Part shown: in pieces, positions 1 to 11,899 of the stretch | Layout: every line of letters starts with the position of its first letter | Position numbering within the stretch: position 1 is the stretch's first letter | Assembly (NCBI GenBank): GCA_965645245.1 | Contig: OZ287079.1 | Location: 1,674,001-1,738,000, forward strand | Direction: 5' to 3' | DNA: 64,000 nt | From: Massalongia carnosa | Lineage: Eukaryota | Program-made: the position numbers and the translations under genes | Notes under the pieces: model-generated | The model's input: only the letters and a program-made list of their open reading frames with translations | Told to the model about the DNA's origin: nothing | The model's database searches: none

Positions 1-1516
1 ATGATAAAATTTCCATTCTTTAGCGTTATTACACTCTTACAGGGACTAATACATCAGCATCTCTATCATCATTGCGAAGGGGAGCATTAAACCAAGATCT
101 ACTGGTCTCAGGAGGTAGATATGGGACCAGATAATGGCTATTCATGAAAATCGCTGGTTAAGAGAGAGCGACGGCGAGGACTGGTTTTAACATCATGGTG
201 CGGTAGAAAAATACAGCGTGAATTCTTGGTTTGGCACTTCTGACATGAAAGTCTATGCCTTGGGTAAGCCAAAAGGACTACGAGCTTATGCCCCTCTGGT
301 TCACGGCTGTACTCCTTGATGGCTGATTAGCGGTCAGGACTTTGAAGAACTGGGGTAAGGAAAGAAGAGACCTCAAAAAAAAGAAGCGCTATGAATCATG
401 ATGTTGCGAATGCCAAGCCGGCTGGATCATATCTAACGTAATATGCGAATGCCTTCGCGTATTTTACTGGTATGGGAATAGTTACATCTGAGAATTTCTG
501 GTATCTTCGATGCTTAGAAATTCAGGTCTATAGACGTTCGAGGAGAATCTCGAATGTTCTGTGATCAACATGTATATAGCATCACTCCTACGCATAGCCT
601 AGAGATCAGTCGCAATAATCTGAATTATTTCATTCATAGAAGTTCTGTACTGTGTACTATCCAGAGACTTCTGGCACTCTGCCACCTATTTTCTGTGCAT
701 TGGGTCCGTCATTCTCCATCTATCCCTCCTATTTTAAACACATGATTCATGGCAATGTTACTATACCAAGGAAGCCTTCAAAAAGACGCAGGCTAAATCT
801 TCTCGCACTTAAGAAAGGTTGACGGAACCTGCGCTTCTCAGCATTTTTGGTTCCATCTCTAAAATAGGGTTTCACTTGTGCCCGCAGCCGGGCTTCCTAT
901 CGCCGAGTGTGTTTTCGTTAAGATTATTTAGACGGCCTGGCCCCCTCTTAACCATCCTCATGGCCGGAATCCCATATCTTCTTGCTTTCGTTTGTCTTTA
1001 TTTCACCACCTTCTCCATGCATTCCTTTTCTGAACATACCTGTAAGAGACCAGACCCGTCAGAACGCAGTTTTTAGGCGATTGAACCGAAACACACTATG
1101 ATAGATTACTCCTAATTAGTTATGTAACCTTAACCCGATTTTCAAAAAAAAAAGACGCCACCTAGTCAGTCAGCATTAAGACCAAAAAGCACACTTATGT
1201 TCGCTGTAGGTCCTGCGTCCTGAACCACTCGTGGTTGAACCGTGACAAACAGAATTGACATCTCACATCAGTTAAATCAAAAATTCATGAAATACTTGCG
1301 TTTGGTAAAATCTTATACATGAATAGCTCGTTAGTTAAAAGTAACTCTAACTTGTAATTGTGTAATCTAAATGTCATAAATGTAGCGTCTGATCGCTTGT
1401 GTATGTGCATAAAGCTTAAATCGAGCTAATATTACGTATGTAATTAGGGGTAAGTAAAAAATACATCAAATTCTTTACGCGTCAAACTTTTTGTCCTCAC
1501 TGTTAAGGGTCTCATC

Positions 1517-2860
1517 ATGTCTACGACTACGGGTAAAGTGTTCCCAAGCACTCGCTGGACATCTTATAGTGACTGGGATTTCAATGGCATGAAAGGACGA
1601 CATGAGACATTTATGAGCACCCTCAACAAATCCACTCTAGTGCGCCATGCTGAACTTATCCTGGGTCAGGAAGTTTCGATCAGTGAGCCATTCTCTGCGG
1701 GACAAAACTGGGCCTGCTTTGAACTCGTTGTATCAGATGGTAGTCTCATAATCGCGCTTGTACGTCTTCCCGCGCATTCGAATGACGCTGGCGCTGTGAA
1801 TGAGGAATCAGAGTTATATTCGATTAATTGTAAGGTTGTCACCATGCGATTTCTACGCAAAAAAATCACTTCGGTTTCCATTCCACGTCTCTACACCTAT
1901 CAAGGTCCTGGTTCGCCATGGGCGGCGGAAGCAGGAGCGATATACATGCTCATTGAAGGATTTTATGGAAACACCCTACAAGATGTAGAATTTGATTTGT
2001 GTCATCTTCCGGTAAAGGGTTCTTTCGTAATTCCTAGGTCTGTCATTAGCTTTGGGCAGATCCCTATACAAATCATATCATTACATAATGGACATCTATC
2101 CAGACCGAACTGGTGACCATTACATTTTCTCAGATCGGATCAATCTCAAATGTCTTGGAGACAGGCAGCGCTAGTATCGGGCGACTATCTACTGCACCGG
2201 CTGATGGTCTGATAATCCATGGTCCATTCTCTGACGCAACAGCATACTTCACTGCGATTGCTGAAGCTAAACTCTGCAACGCCTACAAAAAGAGTCCCTC
2301 TAAAGAAAAGGACAAATTCATTAAGCTGGGCGCGTTCGTTTTCCTCGATATGGTGCGAAACACAGAGTTGTTTACCAGCCTCGATAGTGAAGGGCCTTTC
2401 CATTTTAACCATATGGATATGGGAACGCAAAGCATTTTAGATGATGATTATTTTAATTTTCTTGCGTCATTGACTGGGACTTTGCTCATGCGGCTCCTTG
2501 GCAGGTGAATCACTACCCCATGCCTTTCCCTTTAATTTCTTCAGAAGTAGAGACGGATGAAATATTGAATGACCCATATCACATTGCATACGCCAATTTG
2601 TCTTGGCAGGCAGTGGCTCGAAATATATACCGGCAGAAGTTCCTAGAGGCTGAACAAAAATCTTGTAAGAGAGGAAGGCCATCGCAAAAGTCGATAGCCC
2701 AGCTGTTGGATGGAGCAGCTTCCAGAATATACAGTTGTATTGAGAAGCTGGGAATATTTGGAGATATGGATCAAGACCTAACCATGAAATGGTTCGGCTT
2801 GCCTATGGATTCAATCTTGAACAGACAATACATTATCTTGGGGAAGATGAGGTCTAGAAT
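1517..2860 (+). pseudogene. APH/choline-kinase-like (protein kinase-like fold) gene, disrupted
   Basis: Motifs PFSAGQNWACFELV, V.TMRFL...IPRLY, YMLIEGFYG, HMDMGTQ.IL and, after a frameshift near 2465, IDWDFAHAAPW. Putative intron 2012-2059. In-frame TAA near 2086 and at least two frameshifts. 3' end approximate. Confidence 0.7.
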
Positions 2861-3130
2861 GGAAGGGATGGAGTGGGCGCTGATCATTTCAGCATCACGT
2901 GGCCAAATGTCAGTCGAGAAAACCGATGGCGGCAGAAGAGTATTCAATACCGTGAATAAGATGGTTCCTACTTCATGATACTGGCCGCTTCCTTCTCATC
3001 CTTCTTACAACGATCACTTTCTTTAGAGGTGGTAAGGTCTTACTATCAGGCACGAGGTATGTGGATCAAGTCTGGAGCTACTTCTGCTATATCAAGACAC
3101 TGGACTATAGCGGGGGTTCAGAGAACATGA

Positions 3131-3528
3131 GTAATTCGGCTAAGGCGAAAGGTAATGCCGGGACCGAGTGGAGGCAGGCCGCGAACAGCCAACAAAGGCC
3201 GAAGGACAAAGGAGGATGATGTCCAAAATAGTTGGACAAACAAGGGAGAGAAAGGGCATAAATAGGTGGCCTTTTGGCACTCTTCTCCTCATCATCACCA
3301 TTGATTCGGAGTTCAGCACCAAAAGGTCTTTTGCCCACCCACCCACTCCCTGAATCAGCCGCATAGGTAGATGGAGTTTTTCCCCTTACTGCTGCCAAAA
3401 CAAAGCCATTATAGGAGAGGCCCTCAGCATAACTGAGCGCCAGCAGGGCAGCAGCGAGGGGAGAGTTGCCCAAACATAGATAGAGATTATGTATATGTTC
3501 AGCTGACACGATGGAGCCCGCGAATTAC
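3131..3528. mobile_element. ~400-bp non-autonomous repeat, copy 1 (8-bp terminal inverted repeat GTAATTCG...CGAATTAC)
   Basis: Nearly identical to 14231-14688 with the same two boundaries; no target-site duplication found. Confidence 0.8.
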
Positions 3529-3795
3529 ACAAAGTTCGGGCTCGGTCTGCCCGCGATATCAAGCATTATAGAGAATTTGTTTGAAGTTATGGAAGCGCAC
3601 TATAAGCGCTACGGTACAACAAACATTCCTCTCTCATCATGACCTAATGAATAACAGTGTGTTTCATTCTGGCATAACCAACGATAGAAATCTTGTGCTC
3701 AATATCCTCAAGCCTCAAGCAAAGGGCTTGTTCTGCTCCAATCTTAGTCCAGATGTTTTAGCTCCTTCCAAAAAATGTGGATTGCTGACGCATGC

Positions 3796-4016
3796 CTATC
3801 TAGCAGGAGCGGGAGCGGAAGGTGGAGGGGGCGTCGGCTACAGAGGTTAGAACTGACATCATATGAAGACAAATAGTAATATAAACATTAGCTTACTTTC
3901 GGGCAGTTGTGCGCCCTGCCCTGTCCATACGTAGGCTTGCATTGAGGGTAGATGACTTGGTTGCCCGAGGATTTACCAAGTACTGATGCTCCTGGCTGAG
4001 CAGTCTGAATGGCCAT
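3796..4016 (-). CDS. Spliced 53-aa micro-protein MAIQTAQPGASVLGKSSGNQVIYPQCKPTYGQGRAHNCPK/PTPPPPSAPAPAR
   Basis: Exon 1 is 4016-3897. A 59-nt phase-0 intron (3896-3838) has GTAAGC donor, CTAAC branch point and TAG acceptor. Exon 2 is 3837-3796 ending in TAG. A TATATA motif lies about 110 bp upstream (~4126-4132). Confidence 0.55.
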
Positions 4017-4796
4017 TTAATCCGTGGCAGTTTGAGTAGTAGTCGACGAAGAATTTAAGGATTAGAATGTTTGCGGTCTATGAAAGACTCAAAATCCTAT
4101 AGGAATTGAGTTGTGGGATGAGAACTATATATTCAGGAAGGTCTCTTTTTATGTCTACCCACAGAAGGGTTATGGGTTAGACACAACGTCGGGAAGTCTG
4201 CTTCAGCGTACAAAAAATTTTAACTAGTCAAATTAAGACGGAGGAACGAGAAAATGAATGAATCAACGATACGGATGTCCTATCAACTAATCGCAAGGCA
4301 TCATATCAGGTTCGTGGGATCGGCGTTGATGGATGAGTAATTTATTGCCCGTGATGGAGGTAGGGCCACATGATGCGAGTTGTATCAAATCATTTCCTTA
4401 ATTGAAGCCAGAAAGGTTTGATCATCGGCGAATCGGGAATCAGCCCTGCAGGTGAGCAATTGCGAGTAGCTCCCAGGGCTAGCTAGGGGGTAGTTCGGGC
4501 TCATTCTACGCCCGGAGCAAGCACAGTGCGCCCGTAGCTAGTCTCTAGCTCACTGCGATGTCTGAGCTGTCTGAGTCCTCTGAGCAGTGAGAATTTTGAT
4601 GTTCGTACGACCGCATGGACATTTACACTTCATCAAATCGTGAAAATCAACGTTATTACAGTTAAAATTTCGTTTTCGATCTATTCGCGCAGTCAGCTCA
4701 GTGCTTCTAGGAGGGTTTGAAGTTGTTCAGGGAACTCGTCGCTCCTAAGGGGTTTGCGGAGGTGTGATCTTCACATAAGATTGTCAAGAGCAGCCC

Positions 4797-5975
4797 TCAG
4801 TGTAAATGACATTTCTTCAAATTGAGTGTTAGAGATACATTACAAATATCGCAAACATACATTTCTGACGAGATTGTGATATGCGTAGATAGATCTGCTT
4901 TTATGATCCTTGATAAGAGCCGAAATACGAAGTAGGCTGTATCCACCGGTATATATAGCAGGCTGTGTAGGGCATGATTTCGTTGGACAATAAGGAAGAG
5001 GATCAGAAACATGGCTGAGTAGAATGAGCGCTGTCTAGACATGAGCAATACAGAGTACCTAAGCAAGGTTGGCGGTGGGCAAGCCATGAGGAATACATAG
5101 TGCTGAAGCAGAGCGGTGATGCTGAATAAACAAAGCAGGAGGGAGAGTTTTTCATTTTTGAGATAAATGACGATCAAGGTATTGTAGGTATCAAATCCGT
5201 CGAGATTGAAATGTATCGAACCTGGGGGATGTAATAAAAACAACGCACAGAAATTGGTCCCGCAATTATGGACTTCAGCGTGGCAGTTGAATTCATGTCT
5301 GTTATTGCCATCCTTTGACTCTCCTATACCTCCAAGCGAAATGCAAAACCAACATATCGATCTCACAACCAGATCTTAGCGATTTATGAGACTAGATCTT
5401 TGCTAGATATTTGTCAAAGAAAGCCATATTCGAATAAATTATTCCACGTCCCTGTTAATGTTATTACTTAAGGAGCTTGAGGAGTACACAAGAAGTAAGG
5501 GCAGTCACAGTTGCAATTCCATTCTTAGTCGACTGGCTTCGCGTCAATGCCATAGCATTCAAAGCCGTTCTTGTCATATCTTTAATTCACCCTTCTTCCT
5601 AAACCTACACCTGCTGAATAATGAGGTTCGACATGTCTGGGCGCCCTGGATCTCGCATCATAGATTTGGCTAACGTCTGTCAGCAAGAGAGATATAGCCA
5701 GGTGGAAGGAGGGAGGGTTTTGGGTAGAGAATTCTGTCTTTTCATTGAGGATAGGACATCTAGATAGCGAGAGAGATTAATCTGTGTTAGAGTCACTGAA
5801 TGGGGTTGTAATGTTCGTATGCAGCTTCTGAGTCTACTTAGGTAGTCCAAGAGGGGTGCTCCACAAACTGTACGCCTCGCCTTGCTCAAAAAAGGTCAAA
5901 CCTTCGCGTTCCTTGCCGCTCCCAGAATTCTCGCCCTCACTTCCAATTCGCCTTGATCTGTACGTAGGTATGCTA
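4797..5975 (-). pseudogene. Highly degenerate gene, possibly DUF3723-like
   Basis: Ordered weak motif resemblances on the minus strand: RARILGAAR, CIRTLQPHSV, LPPSTWLYLSC, FCALFLLHPPG, LHSLLYIPVDTAYF. Many stops. Pattern recognition only. Confidence 0.3.
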
Positions 5976-6279
5976 TAGTAAGTGGTCTCGACAGGATGTT
6001 TCAAGATTCACTGCAGCCTTTGCGCTCTAGCAATATTCTCGTTGCACTTGATGCGCCTCTCCGGCATCAAACAACGGTTTCTCAAAGGACAAGAGGGATG
6101 TGTTTTCGTCATGGCCAGACAAATACATCATATTTCTGATATGATCGGGAGCTGGATCGTCAAGTTGAATGAAACGTTCTATCAGGGTTTTGACAACAGG
6201 TGACGGGAAGTGACTGCGAAGATGACTGCCGATAGAGTAGCAGTCTGCAGGGCTGAACTGGTACCTTGTATAATGAGGC

Positions 6280-7082
6280 TAAAGCGAACAATCTATCACG
6301 GCTACGTATCTCTGGATTAAGATGATCGATAGGTACTAAAATGCGATGGTTCGAAGATCAAAAAGGTCTTTTCAATCGACGCTCAAAGTAAGGTGTTTAT
6401 CCATTATAATAGTGCAGCTAATAATGACCAATATCGCGGCTACCTACATCGAGGATGATATGGCTGCAACGAAAGAGCTATGTAAGCCCCTATGCTCGGC
6501 TCGCGCCTGAATGCTGCAGGAGCGAGCGGCTATTATCACGAGCGAAGGGTCGAAAATCTTTTTCTCGAACCAGACGGTTTCTGCTGGATTTTGGCTCAGA
6601 GCTTCTCTCAAGTTTCCATAACAAAATTACAGTGAATTTCGATCCTTGATGCTGTCAGTCAGGAAAATAGATGTCAAATCAGCTAAGATTGATAGGTACA
6701 AGAGAAGGAATAAAGCAATCGATCACGTTAATAAATTGATGATGTTTTGCAAGACCAACGTACTCATCACAGCACTAGAATCCCTTTAACACAGATCAAT
6801 AATCAAACCCAGCGCTCTTGAATTCCAGCGAACCATGATATTGACTTACCGAATACTATAGCAGGCGCAGCTTTACCAGAGAAGTGATAACTGATAGTGC
6901 GCTCCGATTTCGTCCAACAGGCTCAAGATACGACAGGTCTTCGGTATTGCGCTGGAATCTGGCTGGACATGATTCATGCTGAACTGTGCTGGATAATCCC
7001 GGGGCCCAAGACCCCCAGCTATCGAGCCTCTGTGTGGTCATGGCCCTTAACGAACGGGGCTGCCGCTTCTACTGCTTTTTAA
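6280..7082 (+). pseudogene. HET-domain (PF06985/TOL-like) heterokaryon incompatibility gene relic
   Basis: Collinear motifs across frames: YLWI (~6306), LLSR...RFLLDFG (~6530-6595), EYYSRRSFT (~6850), YCAGIW...ELCW...YRASVWSW (~6945-7040). These match the usual YSxRxLT / YLAGLW / RAPSWSW tail of HET proteins. Confidence 0.55.
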
Positions 7083-8127
7083 AGCAGTGCTGCGACGAGA
7101 ATGAACTATAAAATTCGCCCGAAATTTGATTAGTTGGGGCGATTTGCACATTGCGAATAATGGGCATTTCATCCGCCTAGATAGTGCTATTTGAGCGTCT
7201 TTCGGCCAGGACGCCTTAAATACAGTAATTCGTGGTTCTCAGACTCACCAAATAGTCAACGGCGGGAGTTCGGATGCTCCTGGCAGGGCAAAGATGTTAC
7301 TTGATCGACGTATACGGCCGCCGAAAGGTCCCGAACTCGCAAATGGTACGTACATTCACGGAAGATATGGCCGGAGAAGAGCAACAGTCACTACTTTATC
7401 AAATACTGTACAGCAGCATCAGAAAACGGAGCGACAACATAATCTCTGGCCGCTTTTATGAAGTTTTAGCGCCTGGAACGATCGAAGGACGCATTGATAA
7501 GTTCATGCGTCTCGATGCAGGCGTAATTGATATTGATTTTAGGTTTTTGACAACCACCCATTACAACGAATCACTATATTTTAATTCAGAGACAAAGGAG
7601 CTCGATGATTGACAAATACAGAGCTCGTCTCCAGCTGCAATTTAGTACGCGAAGTATTTAAGAATAGTTGTCCAATATCTCGACTAGATCTTCACTCTAG
7701 TCAATGCGAAAAAACCTATTACTTTGCTTCTCTCACAGATAGGGGCTTGTTGAATTATGTCCAACGAAGGCTTCCAGATGTGTTCCATCGTCTCTGCTTT
7801 AATGACAGTAGAGCACCCAATGGAAGGCCATTTAAACAGTAAACCTTGTAAGGTTACACAGTCTCCCGCTGGAGACTCGATCGATCTTAAATAATACGAG
7901 GATGACGCAGTTACATGACGTTACGCAAGCCCCTCCAACTAATTATCATAAAACGCCAGTCCTGTCCTTCTGCTTCATCCACAGCCTTCTTATTGATAGC
8001 ACCAGCGACACTTCACGACGCTACAAAATACCCCAAGGTCGGTAACTTGAATTCAACTTACTCGCATGGCTACTGACAGAACCACAACCAGAACCAAAAC
8101 CAGAACAGAACCGTAATTATTGTGACG

Positions 8128-8379
8128 ATGCATCTCCCGTCATCTTTGTTCATCGCTCTTACGCTCGGCTTTGCGAATCCTACCATCGCTGGTCCTGCGG
8201 CCTACGGAATCTGCCAAGCGGGCTGCTCAGCAGTCGTCATGGCTTGCTACGGAGCTGCAGGCTTTACGTGGGGAGCAACTCTTGGGGCAACAGCCCCAGC
8301 CACAATCGTCGGCTGCAACACTGCATTTGGCGCCTGTCAGGCCGCTTGTGCGGCAGTGCTGCTTGCTCCAACACCGTGA
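8128..8379 (+). CDS. Small secreted cysteine-rich protein, 83 aa (GPxxYGICQAGC...CQAAC...APTP fungal family)
   Basis: Hydrophobic N-terminal signal peptide, 6 Cys, intact ORF from ATG 8128; likely 5'UTR intron 8042-8079 (GTAACT...CTGACAG). Confidence 0.85.
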   Translation: MHLPSSLFIALTLGFANPTIAGPAAYGICQAGCSAVVMACYGAAGFTWGATLGATAPATIVGCNTAFGACQAACAAVLLAPTP

Positions 8380-10729
8380 TAAAGTCCTAGTATCGAGGGT
8401 GGAAAGGAATGGGGTTTGAACCGTCGAGACTTTATCTGCGGACGCAATGTGTAAAACGAACTCCAAGTGTTCTTTTGCCTTAAATTGGTGCTTGACTGCT
8501 AGGTTTCGGAGTGTACCCACACAAAATGGTAGGCGATTGAGAAGGGAAATTGAGGAATGAAAAGGACTCTGTCTTCTGTGTCATGATTTGCTTCCCCCCC
8601 CAGAGGTCTATCGTTATGGCGGTAACAAAGCTGCAACACCGTCAAGTCTAAATAACGCTTTTCAATTTGTATTTGACATGTCTTTCATCTGTTTGAAATA
8701 TAGCTTAGTCGAACTGTCTTGGCCTAATGCTTGGTATAAGGATTATTAGAATACTTTTACCATCGACAATTCCTTTATTTATTTTATTTATTATCGCTGC
8801 TTCGAGCTCGTATATTCAAAAACCTCGTCAAGTTAATCCGTTATTCGATTACGATTTAGCTTCGAATTGAGATTAATGGACATGAAGATTAATCACGGTT
8901 GCGATTCTTTCATCGTGCCTCGACGAAATGACAACATTCTAGCATGATCGAACGGCATTAAAGGACGAAGATATGCATGATAGTCTTGAGGATAAAGGAT
9001 ATAATTATACATGCGGCAAAGACACAATGCAGTCTCATCTTGTGAATTATGGTACATCTAAACTATCACAAGCTGTCGGCGTTCTAACCATTGAGTAAAG
9101 AGTTTAAAATTGCCTAGCCTTCAAGCCTGCCGCCGGGGTCAAGAGAGCGTTGAGCGAACATGTTTCCTTTCTACTTTTTCAAATTCTAACCGTCGCTCAT
9201 ATGTTCGCTACCGCTGCCATCAGCCTCTTGCTCGGCCCCTTGGATGCCACAATCCTATGGATGACTAGTATCCTGGCATCTCTTCTGGCCAGCATTAACA
9301 TATTCAGCCATAAATGGAGCCGACATACCAATGTTTTTTCCACCTCTTCTCTGCCGGAGACTAGCCATTCTTACAAAAATTGAGACAGCATCCGCTTCTT
9401 ACTATTACGCAAAGAATTTTGATTTTATTAACATTGGACAGAAAAAGCCAAGACGTTAAGTCGAAGTAAACTGGTGAATCGGCTATATTGCCTATAGTAA
9501 CGATGCTCAGAAAGTCCAAGCACATAGCTAAGCATAGCTGATGGATACATGACATTGACAGTATCAGAAGAGCATGAAACCCCCAGCGCATTTCCACATA
9601 AAAAAACCGATTCATCATTAAATTTTTACCGACAACCACGATGATAATCACCCCTTCCTAGCTCGAAGCCATAACAGGGTGTCTTGCCCATGATAGACTC
9701 TAGTGTCTTCTTCTTGGTTGCAATTGAGTCACACCTCCAGATCTTGTAACAACTATGTAATGACAGTTGATTAGCGACTGATTTATTCACTCCACTAAGT
9801 TAGAAAGAAGAAAGTAGATAACTAACGATGAAACCTAGAAGATTGCACTCCCGCTTAAAGCCTAAGAAGTGGATGTATTACTCTGATAATCCCCTTTCCC
9901 AAGATCTTCATCGCTTTTCTATCACTCAAACTTGGCTTCGTCAACTGCCTTCTGTTCATCTCCGCCTCGCAGATCTTTCTATCCTTTTCGAAAACCATAC
10001 CACGTATTTGAGTATACGAGAAGGTAGCGGTATGAAAAGCCAGACTCAAACCGCCGCTAATAGGGGTAGAGAAAAAAGCTGTGGGAAGATGGGAAAGTCG
10101 AGTGACGGTGAATGCTGCATTCTCCTCGATGCAAAGTAGATACTCCTGCGAGAGTGCACTATCAGAGAGACTTGTGATCTACAGAGTGTATTTCTCGGTG
10201 CTAAAACGATCTCTCAGCTTAGCTGGTATATCGCTTTCAGACAAGCCGGCTAGTATATTATTGTTAGCCATTTTCCTTCGGGTCAATCAAAGCAGCCGAT
10301 AATTCACAACTTTTCAGAAGGGGTTTACGAGCAACCTACAGCTATAACCATGATTCTGAGCGCTAATCAAGTCTCAACCGTTCCTTGGACCCTTGCTAGC
10401 TCATGCAACCTATATCCCGTAAGGCAGACCCACAATCCTGTTTTCTGAAAGCGCTTAATGAATGCTTTCCAATAATATCAAAGTGTAGCGATATAAACCC
10501 TGCTTCAATGCGGATTAGAGCGTACACGTTGAGGAAAGATTTTCGTTCACCGCGCAGGTCGTCACATTTTTGCTTCTCAAGTTCTCACATCGCTCGATCT
10601 GCCCCATGAAAAAGACACTAGCGAACTCATTATCAATTGTACTTTATCTTGTCGCATCTTATCACATTTCCCCAAAAAACATTCCGCGATAAGCAGCTCC
10701 GCGGACACAACGGCAAACTTATCAGCCTC

Positions 10730-10770
10730 CTTTTTTTATTTTTATTTTTATTTTAATTTTAATTTTTATT
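10730..10770. repeat. T-rich hexamer microsatellite (TTTTTA/TTTTAA)n
   Basis: Directly visible; explains the spurious IKIKIK translation. Confidence 0.8.
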
Positions 10771-11899
10771 TGACTTCTTCTCTTCCTCACTGCATTAGTC
10801 ATATCTTGTTCGCTAGAATCTGATTTCATCATGCCGGATGCTATGGAGCACGATAAGCCTGTCATGAGTAGTAAAAGCACTCGTATCCTCAATGCCGATG
10901 CATTTCTCACTTGAAATGCTCGCAGGGAAAATTGTCATCTAAAACGAAAAAGCTCGACCAAAACATTACTGTACAAGGTGTTGAACAAAAAATCAACCAG
11001 GCATACGGCAGCGGGATGCAGGAGAAGAGGGTCTAGGGCTATCAAGGATAGGCAAAGAGAAGTGCTTGGCAAACGTGATGCAGGTACTCCGTATTTCCAG
11101 TGAAGAGACTCCAAATTTAGCTATCGGCTGAACTGAATTCTGAACGACTGAATAGCTAAATTACATGAGGAATCATCGTCTCTTTATACTGCTTGAGGGC
11201 CTCCATCTCGGCCTATATCAAATGCATGAACCTGCTTCCTTTGAACCTTTTCAGCTGGGCAAAATATACCTTATTGCTGACCGGAGACACCGAGACACTC
11301 AGTGATCATGAACAGCTGAATTGCCTCCGAAATGTAGCATTCTTGCTGCATACCTTTGCCTCCTCGTAATTGCCGAAGTCGTGCCGATATCTGAAGCTTT
11401 TCGCATATAGCATATGATTGCCTAATCTGGAAATTAGTAAGCAGGAGGCAAAAGAACCTCGGTCGCAAATATTCAGGTATCTCGGCAAATTCCAGTACAA
11501 GGGATACGGCAAGAGGTTAATCTATTGTCGTTCTATGTTTGTATGCATTGATTATTTCTTAGTTCTTTTGACGTCCCGATGGCACACTTAGAAAAGTTGA
11601 AGGATTGAAACTATTGCTCCCGATCCATCCTCGAGTGCTCTGACAAAGTTTGGGAACTACGAGGAAAGTGGGATCTGGGATCGATTGATTGACATTAATT
11701 AGGGTCTACTCTTGTTTGACAATCATGGTTGTTGAATCCAAGATTATTAATGGAAACAGTGCTCATAATCATTCCCTGAATCCCTTTGACTTTCGCTGGA
11801 TTGTGTTGCTTAGCTATCATTCTTCGTTCAGCGGCTAATGTCGTCTCATCCTATCCTGGGATTGCGGTGCTGCGTTCTTAGTTCCATCCTCCACTTCAT

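Noticed and set aside
1041..1247. Possible solo LTR (TGTAAG...GGTTGAACCGTGACA)
   Set aside because: Only the terminal ~16 bp resemble 33221-33236; no TSD and no second copy.
3105..3509. ORFs in the 400-bp repeat (also 14145-14707) as genes
   Set aside because: No recognisable domain; their starts and stops depend on different flanking DNA in each copy.
7274..7842. Two adjacent ORFs as a gene
   Set aside because: No motif I can recognise; may be a decayed gene but cannot be supported.
10950..11560. Degenerate coding-like sequence
   Set aside because: Stops in all frames and no assignable motif.
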